From assembly GCA_038087875.1 (NCBI GenBank), contig CM075991.1, forward strand, positions 13,890,001 through 13,954,000: DNA of 64,000 nt, written 5' to 3'. Source of the DNA: Malacoraja senta (taxonomy: Eukaryota). This document shows, piece by piece, positions 23,587-35,500 of this stretch (positions within the stretch are counted from its first letter, which is position 1; each line of letters begins with the position of its first letter). Under the pieces are notes generated by a model. That model did not search any database and had not been told where the DNA came from. It saw nothing but the letters and a program-made list of their open reading frames with translations. The position numbers and the translations under genes were made by a program.

Positions 23587-26500
23587 TAATGCCAAATACG
23601 GCTAATTAACGATAAACTCCTGCAGTCGGATTCAACTGACTCGCACCCCAGTCTAGGGTCCTTGTGCTGCTGGAAGGGATATCACCCCAGGGGCCACATG
23701 GTTTAAAGACCAACTCTAACCTATTGTGAATAACACTACTGAATGTATAGACACCGAGATTGTAGGAAGAGGTTTTGCACAGTTTTTGTTTTGTGTGCAT
23801 CTTTAATTCTGAATAAAGTTTAGGTTGGAATCTTTTTTTTTCAAACTTGAAAATAAACCCTTCCAACTAAAAAAAATAAAAATAAAATCTGAAAAAGGCA
23901 ACCGTGTATTCTACGCAGAGGTGGTCTTGGCATCATGTTCGGCACAGACATTGTGGGCCGAAGGGCCTGTTCTTGTGCCGTGCCGGTCTATATAAATGGC
24001 TGGTGATTTAAGGCAAGTGCACTGCCTGATGAGACAGATTGTGCTGATTTTGAGTGCTTCAATTGCCTTGACAATGTTCCCTCTGAGCAGGAGCTATTTC
24101 ACGAGAAGAAAAAGCTATTCAGGCCAACAGCAACACAGTGCACGCTATGTACGTTCTGGCAAGAATTCGGGGCTATGAGTAAGCAGGAGTGATGGCGACA
24201 TTATTGCAGCAGCATTTATTTGGCATCTGCATTGTGGAGTGTATCAAGTTCCAATCGACATGAGTTAGGCACTAGCTAATTGAAATTGGTGATGGAAACC
24301 ACAGTATTAATCTACATTAATAATCATTTTATTTACTGGCGCCTTTCTAAAACCCAAGGACACCTTACAATGCATAGAATCACAACAAAACAAAAACAAA
24401 AAAAACAAAATATAAAATAAATAAATAAATAAATAAATAAAATAAAATAAAAATAAAAAAAAAAAATAATAATAAATTTTTTTTTAAAAACACATAATCA
24501 GAATAAATTAAATTTGACATTGACAAGGAACTGCAAGTGCCGTACTCTTGCAAAGAACCCCAAAGTCCTGGAGTAACGCGGCAGGTCAGGGAGTATCTCA
24601 GGACGACGTGGACAATAGACAATAGGTGCACGAGTAGGCCATTCGGCCCTTCGAGCCAGCATCGCCATTCAATGTGATCGTCCACAATCAGTACCCTGTT
24701 CCTGCCTTCTCCCCATATCCCCTGACTCCGCTATCTTTAAGTGGACAGGGTGGCACAGCATCAAAAAGGTTTGATCCTGACTAAAGGTGCTGTCTGTACG
24801 GAGTTTGCACCTCCTCCCTGTGACCGCGTGGGTTTTCTCCGGGTGCTCCAGTTTCCTCCCACACTCCAAAGGCGTGCAGGTTTGTAGGTTAATTGACTTC
24901 AGAAAAATTGTAACTTGTCCCAAGTGTGTAGGATAGTGTTAGTGTATGGGATGATCGCTGGTCAGCACACACTCAGTGGGCCGAAGGGCCTGTTTCCATG
25001 CTGTATATCTAGTCTAGTCTAATTAATATACCTTTCCTGTGTCTAGAGTAGATTCCCAGTGATTAGCAAATACTAGCGCACATAAGTGCCCCAATTTGGA
25101 GGCATAGACAGGATCTATACACAGCACTCACTGAATCTATCAAAACTCACTGGGTTGCTCTGCAAAGGGCAACATGGAATCAACGGGCTGAATGGCCTCC
25201 CTTTGTTCTGTGTCAATTTTATGATCTTATTCTATTGCTCCTGTAAAAAACCTTGTGGAAGTTACACACGTCAGCGGGACAACCCGGTGGAAGAAAGTTT
25301 AGTCTCGCCGGTCGGAACAAACGATCACATGACTTTACCAGAACTGAGAAAGTGAAGGAGAGTATGCTGTCCATACGGAGTTTGCATGTTCTCCCCGTGA
25401 CCACGTGGGTTTACGCCGGGTGCTCAGGTTTCCTCCCACATGCCAAAGACGTGTAGGTTTGTGTGCGGGGAGTGGATGAGAAAGTGGGATAAGATAGAAC
25501 TAGTGTGAACTCAATGGTTGGCATGGACTCAGTGGGCTGAAGGGCCTATTTCCACATTGCATCTCTAAACTAATCTAAATTGTCCATCCAAAATTAACTA
25601 TCTACACATTATCCTTGCATAACAAATGATTGTTGCTCAGGATTTTGGCACCAATGGCTCTACATGGAAGGTCGATAGGTGCTGGATATGTGAAGAACTC
25701 CCTGATATCTAGCTAGAGTGGATGTGGAGAGGATGTTTCCACTCGTGGGAGAGTCTAGGACCAGAGGGCACAGCCTCAGAATAAAAGGACGGACCTTTGG
25801 AAAGGAGAGGAGGAGGAATTTCTTTAGTCTGAGGGTGGTGAATTGCTGGAATTCATTGCCACAGGAGGCAGCGGAGACCAAGTCAATGGATATTATATGG
25901 TGAGATTGATAGATTCTTGATTAGTAAGGGTGTCAGTGAGTATGGGGAGAAGGCAGGAGAATGAAGTTAAGAGGGGAAGATAGATCAGCTGTGATTGAAT
26001 GGCGGTGTAGACTTGATGGGCCGAATGGCCTAATTCTGCTTCTATACCTAATGAACATGAGTTTGAAACATTTCTCCACTCAAGCAACTCGAAAGACACT
26101 GCTGGACTGAATGCAGTATTCGGGCAAACTCTTTCCGAAGCAGAGCACGATGTAATCTCTAACATTAGAAGGCTTAGGCTGAAGGTGAGAGGGGAGAGAT
26201 TTGAGAGGGACCTCAGCGGCGACCTTTTCACTCAGATCGTAGTCCTTATCTAGAACGAGCTTAAGACTTTAGAGATATAGCATGGAAACAGGCCCTTTGG
26301 CCCACCGAGTCCACGCCAACCAGCGATCACCCCATACAGTAACACTATCCTACACACAATGGACAATTTGCAATTTAACTGAAGCCAATTAGCCGACAAA
26401 CCTGCATGTCTTTGGAGTGTGGGAGGAAAGGGAAGTTCCCGGAGAAAGCCCACGTAGGTCACGGGGAGAACGTGCAAACTCCGCACTGACAGCAGCCTTA

Positions 26501-27087
26501 GTCAGGATCGAACCCGGGTCTCTGGCGCTGAAAGGCAGCGACTCTACCGCTGCGCCAACCCCTAGCTTCTCGAGGAAGCTATGCAAGCAGAGGCAATTAT
26601 GACCTTCAAAAGACATTTGGCCAGCTGTATGGGCAGGGAGGGTTTAGAGGGCAGCACGATTGTTGCCATCTCACAGCTCCAGAGACACCGATTCGATCCT
26701 GACCATGAGTGCTGCCTGTAGGGAGATTGCACGTTCCCCCCGTGACCCACGAGAGTTTCCTCCGGGTCCCGGGATCAAAGGCGGAAATTGGAATTTGTGA
26801 AGTTAGATTTGTGAAGAACTGCCGATGTTCTTGGACCTGGAGACGGACATTTGCGTGGAGATGGCCTTGCTTCACTGAAACTTTTGGAAAACCAGGAATC
26901 TGGGAATGGAAGCCCACCATTCATCCTGCTGCCATTCCATAATATCACTGATATTATGAAGAAGGGTCTCAACCCGAAACGTCACCTATTCCTTCGCTCC
27001 ATAGATGCTGCCTCACCCGCTGAGTTTCTCCAGCATTTTTATCTACCTTCCATAATATCACCAGTGAATCTGCTCCCCATCCCCATT

Positions 27088-27088
27088 C

Positions 27089-27128
<40 letters not shown>
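27088..27128. repeat. (TTAG)n microsatellite
   Basis: Direct inspection; probably the tail of the adjacent minus-strand Rex-like fragment. Confidence 0.95.
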
Positions 27129-27129
<1 letters not shown>

Positions 27130-29919
27130 ACGTGTACCGATGTACAATGAAAATCTTTTGTTGCGTGCTATCCAGTAGCAGAAAGACTATACATGATTAG
27201 AATTGAGCCGTCCACAGTGGACAAATATATGATAAGGGGAATAATGTTTAGTCTAAGATACAGTTTAATAAAGTCCGATGAAAGATAATCTGAGGGTCTC
27301 CAATGAGGTAGATGGCAGGTCAGGACCACACTCTAGTTGTTGAGCGGATGGTTCAGTGCCTCATAACAGCTGAGAAGAAACTATCCCTTGTTTAAGAAAG
27401 AACTGTAGATGCTGGAAAAAGGTAGACAAAAATGCTGGAGAAACTCAGCGGGTGAGGCAGCATCTGTGGAGCGAAGGAATAGGTGACGTCTCGACCCGAA
27501 ACTTCACCTATTCCTTCCCTCCATAGATGCTGCCTCACCCGCTGGGTTTCTCCAGAAACTATCCCCGATCATGGAGAATGTCACAGAGCCGAGGGTTCCG
27601 GGAGTGCAGGTACATAGTTCCATGAAGGTGGAGTCGCAGGTAGATAGGATGGCCAAATAGGCTTTGGGCACGATGGCCTTCGTGGAACAAGCTGCCAGAG
27701 GAGGTAGTTGTGACAGGGACTATCTCAACCTTTCAGAAATAGCTAGACAGGTACATGGATGGGACAAGTTTGGAGGGGTATGGGCCAAATGCAGGCTGAT
27801 GGGACTGATGTAGCTGGGACAAGTTGGCCAGCATGGGCAAGTTGGGCTGAAGGGCCTGTTTCCACGCTGTATCACTCTATGACTATTTCTCTCTCCATTT
27901 CTTCCCTTCCCCCAATTTCTAAGGTTCAAATTTCTCAATAGATTTGGAAACCGAAACAGAGATGAGACTCGTTCCTGTCTCAATAGACAAGAGACAATAG
28001 GTGCAGGAGTAGGCCATTCTGTGAGAAGCAAATGACAGGGGGCCTGCTTCCCCTGCACATTATTTGACTGGCCCACTTTTATTCTGTTTCTGTGGAATCA
28101 GATCCAGATTTCGTCCCATCAATTTAATCTCAAGATAATGCAATTTATTGCTGTGTAATTTATTGCCCCGTGAATGAATGAATTGCCTGTGTCAGTAAAA
28201 TTATTTTCTGTGGTTTGGATCATTCAGCAGCCAGAGGGATTGTCTCTTCGGAAAGTATTAACGGCGTAATCATAGTCACAGCAGCATCTTTAGGGTAGTG
28301 TCGGGAAACCGGTACTTATCGAAACGTAAAGATGGCACAAAAAAGGTTTGGAAGGCATAAAATATTGAGCAAAGCTTCCTCCCAGGATCATCGCTTTGGT
28401 GGAGAAATTCAGCTGCATGCAGTCGCCACTGGTTCTGACACACTGTTCACTGGATCCACTGGTTCTATGCCACTGTTCACTGGATCCAGTGTACATGACT
28501 CTCCACCACTGGAGGGGAGGGGGGGGCGACACTCCCAGAGGCAAACGCTGCCCTTTGCATTGCTTCCACTGTGGGAGATCTCTGCAATTTATCGCAGGTC
28601 GTAACTGCGACTTCCCCCCCAAATTCGAGCTTTGTTGTATTTTATACCTTGTCTGAAGAGGGGCTTGGGGGTCAGCAAAGCACTTCACAGAATACGTTTT
28701 GTACTTCCATCAAATCAAAAGCTGCAGTGCCCCCAGCGTTGTGTAAATAGACGTCGCAAAGTGCTTTCTCCACGTCGCACTACCGGCCCTCCGTTCCCTG
28801 CACGGGCCTCTACAAATTTCTGTGGCCCCATCTCCCTACCTGCCCATATCCCGGTGATTATTGAGGGCAAAGCTTCACTGTTCTCCCTGTGGTCTCCAGG
28901 GGTCTCTCCCCCCACCCCCCACCCCAACCCCGCTCCAGGGCTACTGATGCCCTCGGCAAAAAAAAACCTGCCCCTATATTGGATCCTTACAACCAGCTGG
29001 CCCTTCAGGGTCGTGTCCAAAGTTCCACAATGCCAGCCATGTTGCAGACTAAAGTAAGGAGCCTTAGAGGGCGTAGCTTTTAGTACATGACAAGAGAAGT
29101 GTGGGGCAAGTTCTTTAAATAGGTGGGTGCCTGGAAAGGTGGTGGAGGCATGTATATGAAAGTAGCATTAAAGAGATCGTTGGAGAGGTCGACAGTCAGA
29201 ACCTTATTCCCCTGGGTGGAAATGTCAAAGACTAGAGGGCATAAATTTAAGGTCAGAGGGGCGAAGTTTAAAGGAGATCTGGGGGGCAAGGTTTCTTTAC
29301 ACAGAGGGTGATGGGTGCCTGGAACATACAGGTGGGGTTGGCAGTGGTGGCATTTACAAGGTGTTTGGACAGATGCGTAGATATGCAGGGAATGGAGGGG
29401 TATCGATCATTTGCAGGCTGATAGGAGTTGATCTTGGCATCATGTTTCACAAAGACAGTGTGGGCCAAAGGGCCTGTTCCTGTGCTGTACTGCGCTACTG
29501 TGACAAAAGGAAGCAACTGGCAGAAAGGCGTTTTCTTGTCAATGAGGAAAACGTGTTTTTCTTTCAGCTCTCTGCGATGGAGGTTCGTACTTCTCTGGTA
29601 TAAATATTTCCAAATTGTACTCAGAGAAGGACTTATTTTGTTCACCATTGTGTAAAGCATATCTCAAATACCCCAAAACAAGCAATAACTCCATTTTGAC
29701 AAAATTGTCAGTTGCTTCCTTTTCGTCAAATTAGGGCAGTGTACTGTTCTAGGTTTAATGTTCTAACTAGATAATGGGTGACAGAGACTCTGACGCAGTG
29801 GTTGCTGCTGTTTGTGCAGAGATGTGTGGACGCCACTAACAAGCTAGATATCCCGTCCCTTCTCTATAGAGATGCTGCCTGTCCCACTGAGTTACTCCAG
29901 CATTTGTGTATCCATCTCA

Positions 29920-30218
29920 TGGGCCTGTCCCACGTAGGCGATGTTTTAGGCAACTACAGGCGACTAGTTTGTCGCCACATGTTCGCCGGTAGTCGTCTCC
30001 TCAGTCGCGCAAAAAGTCGTAGCGTCATTCTGGTTGACGCTAAATTTTGCAACATGTTGAACATTTTTCGGCGACAGTGGGTTTGACGCCAATGAGCGTA
30101 GCTTGACGTAGGTGCTGTCGTAGGTTGTCGCCAGGATGACGTAGGTTGTCGCCGGTTTTTCAGCGACCTGCTACAACTGTGACAGTCGCCTAAAAAATCG
30201 CCAAGTGGGACAGGCCCA
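29920..30218. mobile_element. PIF/Harbinger-like MITE
   Basis: TIR TGGGCCTGTCCCAC…GTGGGACAGGCCCA, 3-bp TSD TCA on both sides. Confidence 0.85.
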
Positions 30219-31947
30219 TCAGATATCCTGCTAACCAGATGTGAGCTAGAAAACTCTGCCATTATGACATAGGCCACCTCTTAGCAAGATGCAGACCCCT
30301 CCATCAAAGGAACTCCGAGTGGTCTTCCATGGCACCAACGTCGGTCCGTTCTTTTCTCTCCTTTTTCAGGAGTCAGGTGTTGCAGGCAATATATCATCCA
30401 CTGCCCATCATAACCCTATGTTCTGCCATCTTAAAGCATCGCTGTAGTAAAGGTACTCCCACAATGCTGTTAGTCATTGAGTTAAACAGCCTGGAAACAG
30501 GCCCTTCAGCCCAACTTGCCCACACTGACCAAAATGCCCCATCTACACGTCTCACCTGCCCACATTTGGCCCATATCCCTCTAAACCTTTCCTATCCATG
30601 TACCTGTCCAAATGTATTTTATATGTTATCATAGTACCTGCCCCAACTACCTCCTCTGGCAGCTCGTTCCATATACCCTCTGTGTGAAAAAGTTGCCCCT
30701 CATAAACAATCTTTTCTCTCTTACCTTAAACCTATGTCTTCCGGTTCTCAATTCTCCCCACCCTGGGGTCCATCTACCCGATCTATTCCCATCACGATCT
30801 TGTACACCACTACATGATCACCACCCCTCATCGTTATGTCTTGGAGCTCACCCCGCACTCCAAGACATAAAGTCCTAGCCTACCCTACCTCTCCCTATAA
30901 CTCAGGCCCTCAAGTCCTGGCAACATCCTCATAAATCTTCCCAGCGCTATTCCCAGATTCACAACATCTTTCCTATGGTAGGGCAACCACAACTCCAATT
31001 GTGGCCTCACCAACATCTTGTACAATTATGTGCGACTTGGAAGGGAAGCTGCAGGTGGTGGTGAAGGTCCCGGTCTGACCTTGTCCCTCTTGATGGTAGA
31101 GAGACGAGGGTTTGGGAGATGCCGTCGGAGGAGCCTGGGCAAGTAACGGCAGTGTGTTTTGTAGATAATGCATGCTTTAGCAAGGGGATGCATGGTTAGG
31201 GTAGTGGGTGGGTCCCTATCAAGCGGCCTGCTTCATCCTGGATGGTGTGGAGCATCTGAAGTACTCTTGGTATCCATTCGCCCACTGGTCCATTACACTG
31301 TTGACTTGTGCCTTGTAGTCAGTTAGTCATTAGTTGCAGGATCCCCAGTCTCTGACCCGGACAGACTCTCAGCCCAGCTTCTATCTACACTCTTCCCCAC
31401 AGAGGCAGCATAAGGGAAGTATCCTGATGGACTGTACCTCACCTGGGATGGCTCCAATCATCCACCTCCCTGCCTTATGCACACAAGTACCGTAATATCT
31501 CTAAAGCAGAAGATTGCAGAAAATTCACGTGGCAACTTTGGAGTTAGAGTTCAGAGATACAGCATGGAAACAGGCCCTTCGGCCCATCGAGTCCACGCCG
31601 ACTCGTTCACACAGGTTCTCTGGCATCCCTGCTTTCGCACCCACTCCATACATGCTCGGGGCCAATTTTACAGAGGGCCGAATTAACCTACAGACCGGCA
31701 CGTCTCTGGGATGTGGGAGGAAGCCCGAACACTCATAGGGAGGATGAGCAAACTCCCCATAGGTCAGGATTGAACCTGGGTCTCTGGCGCGTGAGGCAGC
31801 GGCACTACCCGCCGCATCTCCTGATGTTTAGGGGCACTGCAGTTTTTACGATGTCACTGCCATTGAACACATGGTCAGCCAGGAACTGTGCGGTGCATGC
31901 AACGAGGAGCAGACAGACTTCGTGCAAAAGCCGGGCCCTGTACTTAC

Positions 31948-31983
31948 ATCAGGAAACAGAGGAACTTCATTTGTTCAATTGTC
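31948..31983 (-). CDS. tacc1: TACC1 36-nt cassette exon (TIEQMKFLCFLM), probable orthologue of mammalian alternative exon 4a
   Basis: Long polypyrimidine tract, then caccag|GACAATTGAACAAATGAAGTTCCTCTGTTTCCTGAT|gtaagt. Phase 2-2 and frame-preserving between the flanking exons. Resembles the recalled human peptide TTEQVKFLCFLL. Confidence 0.88.
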
Positions 31984-32339
31984 CTGGTGTACACACAAGA
32001 AAAACAGAGAAGACAAGAAAGAGACGGGACGACGGACACAAACGGACGGAGAACCAAAGGGTCCACGCGGACAAAGGGGGAAAATAACGACAAAAGGACG
32101 AGTAGGTGCAGAAACAAGTATTAATCTCAGGAAGCTGCAGCAGAGGACTTTGTGCACTGGGCCTATGCAGTTAGACCACCTGGCACTGTGGTCCATGCCC
32201 ACTGGCCACAGTGTATTCATCACTTTGCATTGTGCACTCACCCCCTTTATTCCCTTCCAAGGACTTTATTCAATCATTGCATTATACAGTGTACCAGAAG
32301 ATCATAATCTGCCACTATAGGTACAACAACATTCAGTAG

Positions 32340-32868
32340 TCACATCGCATCAGGCGATCTTTATAAAACAGCAATGGCATCTTCATCGACAGTGCACTCG
32401 ACCCCCCCCCCCCCCCCCGTGGCCACCAGCGTTCACAGAAGACCTCTAGGGTCGCCGTGGACACCGCGTGTGTGTGCCCTCTCCAGGGACAGGCGAGCAC
32501 GGACGTAGGCCCGGAAGAGGGGCAGGCAGCCGACTCTGGCGTGACCATCGACAGCCCGCTGCCTGGATCCGCGGATGGCCATCTTGGCCAGGCCCAGGAC
32601 AGACAAAACAGGGAGGTCCCGCCCTCCCGATCGGCCCTCCCCACTCCCTGCCTAGTGCCCAAACACCAAAATCGTGGGACTAAAATGCAACCAAAACTTG
32701 AGGAGCAGCCCCTTCCGATATTTGTACAGGGGCAGCAACCTCACACACTCCATATACACGTGGAACACGGTCTCTTCCTCGCCGCAGAAGTTACAGGCGG
32801 CTGGCGAGTCCGTGAACTGACTCAAATATTTATTCACACCACGGCTCTGTGCAACACTCTCCACCCCA
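32340..32868 (-). mobile_element. Tx1/L1-type LINE ORF2 C-terminal fragment
   Basis: LSQFTDSPAACNFCGEEETVFHVYMECVRL…LLLKFWLHFSPTILVFGH (CCHC motif). Confidence 0.75.
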
Positions 32869-34672
32869 GGTAAAGGTGAAGGACTCCCTTGTAGAGAGAA
32901 CTCCACTGGAGGCCACATTGACCCCTTTGTGCACAGTGGGCTCTGCATTGTGGTCTTTGTGCTCTATGCACAGACCATTTTGTACTGTGCACTGACCTGG
33001 CATATGATGAGCGCTTGACAGCACTGGGCCTCGACTAGAAGGTTGAGGGGGAACCTCATTGAAACGTACAGAATAATGAAAGGCATAGATATAGAGTGGA
33101 TGTGGAGACGATGTTTCCACTAGTGGGAGAGTCTAGGACAAGAGGTCACAGCCTCAGAATTAAAGGGCGCTCTTTTAGAAAGGAGGTGAGGAGGAACTTT
33201 TTTAGTCAGAGGGTAGTTAATCTGTGGAACATGGCTGATCATCCCCAAGTGGATTTTTAAGGCAGAGATAGACAAATTCTTGATTAGAACGTGTGTCAAG
33301 GGTTATGGGGAAAATGCAGAAAATTGGGATGAGGAGGCAGAGATCAGCCATGATTGGAATGGCGGCGTAGACTCGATGGGCCGAATGGCCTAACTCCTAT
33401 AACATGTGAGGCTTTGTGCACTGCGGTCTTTGCGATTTTCAGTCTGGGGGAAGCTGTAGCCTGGTCTAGTGGTCTCTGCCTTGATTTGCTTCAAGGGAGA
33501 TGGGAGTTGCAGGGTTCCACAGCCCATCGCTATGGAGCTTTGGCAGGGCGTCCAATCATTTATTCTCAGTGCGTGCCAGTCTAATCAATTAACTCCGATC
33601 TTTAACACCATTAACACTCCCTTCCGTGCAGGCCAAAGACAGAAACCCAGGCTTATAGTGCGTGCACAGCACCTTCCCAATCAAAGATAAAACCCAATGT
33701 TTCAGAAGGAACTGCAGATGCTGGAAAAATCGAAGGTAGACAAAAATGCTGGAGAAACTCAGCGGGTGAGGCAGCATCTATGCAGCGAAGGAATAGGTGA
33801 CGTTTCGGGTTGAGACCCTTCTTCAGACTGATGTGGGGTAGGGGGGGGCGGGAAGAAGAAAAAAAAGACGTGCAGGTTTGTAGGTTAATTGGCTTCTGTA
33901 AATTGTCACCTGGTGTGCAGGATAGAACTAGTGTGAAAAGGTGATCGCTGGTCGGCGCGGACTCAGTGGGCCGAAGGGCCTGTTTCCGCGCTGTATCTCT
34001 AAACTAAACTAAGGTAAACTAAACTTAATGGAATGAAACCAAACTAGATACATTCCCCGACCGTGAAGGATGCCTGTAACCAAATGATTTTTCCTGCAAT
34101 TCAATAGTTTGTGGTCAACTTAAGTGATGCTGAACAATTTAATGAAGAGAACTCAATTTTCTTAAGTGCCGGCGCGGGATTCGGACAGGTCTCTCTGGGT
34201 CAAAGACTCGGTCCTCTTGGTTGTTGTCCCAGTAATTTAACCACTGGAACCTACAGAGACGGTGCTGGGATCAGACAGAGGGCTTACAGGAACCCACTAA
34301 TCAGTGAAGGGGTAGGCCATTCGGCCCTTCAGGGCTGTTCCGCCAATGTAATCAATGGTTGCTTTGTCATCACGTGTACCAAGGTACAGTGTTATTGTGC
34401 ATACAGATCAGTGAGACTATTGTCAAACAAGAGTACAATCCCTGGTGCATAGAAACAGCCCACTGAGTCTATATGCAATAGTCACCAGGTTTTGGTGGCA
34501 TTCCACAGTCCCAACTGCAGCTGAGTGGATGATCGTAATAAAGTGACAGGAGCAGAATTAGGCCATTCGGCCCATCAAGTCTACCCCGCCATTCAATCAT
34601 GGCTGATCTATCTCTCCCTCCTAACCCCATTCTCCTGCCTTCTCCACATAACCACTGACACCCGTACTAATC

Positions 34673-34809
34673 TTCTTCTTCATGCGTATGGCGTGCACAG
34701 CCTAAAGTTGTAGGACAACTTGTTCTATTTGATCTTATTTGATTGTGCACGCCAGGTTGATTGCATTCGTCGAAACAGGGCGGCCCACGTGAAGGTTGCA
34801 ATCTCCCAC
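34673..34809 (-). mobile_element. Short non-autonomous retroposon (Ingi/Vingi-like) with 5' HDV-like ribozyme fold and (AAG)n tail
   Basis: Interrupts a CR1 3' tail. TSD CACCCGTAC(T/G)AATC at 34659-34672 and 34810-34823. The 3' end reads ccatacgcatgaagaagaa. Family assignment is inferred. Confidence 0.75.
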
Positions 34810-34812
34810 CAC
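34759..34812 (-). ncRNA. HDV-like (CPEB3-type) self-cleaving ribozyme motif, slightly degenerate
   Basis: Minus strand GUGGUGG GA GAUUGCA ACC UUCACGU GGG CCGCCCU GU UUCG A CGAA UGCAAUC maps in order to P1, P2, P3, L3, P3', P1', J1/4, a vestigial P4, J4/2 (CGAA) and P2'. Confidence 0.7.
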
Positions 34813-35096
34813 CCGTACGAATCAAGAATCTATCTATCTCTGCCTTAAAAATATCCATTGACGGCCTCCACGGCCTTCTGTGGCAATGAATTCCACAGAT
34901 TCACCACCCTCTGGCTAAAGAAATTCCTCCTCATCTTCCTAAAAAAAAATCCTTTAATTCTGAGGCTATGACCTCTAGTCCTAGACTCTCCCACTAGTGG
35001 AAACATCCTCTCCACATCCACTCTATCCAGGCCTTTCACTATTCGGTAAGTTTCAATGAGGTTCCCCCTCATCCTTCAAAAACTCCAGCGGTTACT

Positions 35097-35500
35097 CAAC
35101 ACTTTAACTCCCCCGCCCATTCCCACACTGACCTTTCTGTCCTGGGTCTCCTCCATTGTCAGAGTGAGGCCCAGCGCAAATCGGAGGAACAGCACCTCAT
35201 ATTTCGCTTGGGCAGCTTACACCCCAGCGGTATGAACATTGACCTCTAACTTCAAATAGCCCTTGCTTTCCCTCTCTCTCCATCCCATCTCCCTTCCCAG
35301 TTCTCCTACCACTCTTACTGTCTCCGACTACATTATATCTCTGTACAGCCCACTCTCCTGACATCAGTCTGAAGAAGGGTCTCGACCCGAAACGTCACCC
35401 ATTCCTTCTCTCCAGAGATGCTGCCTGTCCCGCTGAGTTTACTCCAGCATTTTGTATCTATCTTCGATTGCAACCAGCATCTGCAGTTCTTTCCTACACA
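35097..35500 (+). mobile_element. Penelope-like element 3' end (GIY-YIG endonuclease C-terminus, 3' UTR, terminal repeat with hammerhead core)
   Basis: Translates as HFNSPAHSHTDLSVLGLLHCQSEAQRKSEEQHLIFRLGSLHPSGMNID, followed by CTGAAGAAGGGTCTCGACCCGAAACGTC at 35369-35396. Confidence 0.8.
35369..35396 (+). ncRNA. Minimal type I hammerhead ribozyme core in Penelope terminal repeat
   Basis: CUGAAGA-A-[GGGUC UC GACCC]-GAAA-CG-UC, with palindromic ACGU in place of helix III. Helix I is very short. Confidence 0.6.

Noticed and set aside
28426..28488. 30-bp tandem duplication (ccactggttct…ctgttcactggat)
   Set aside because: An ordinary two-copy slippage duplication with no further structure.
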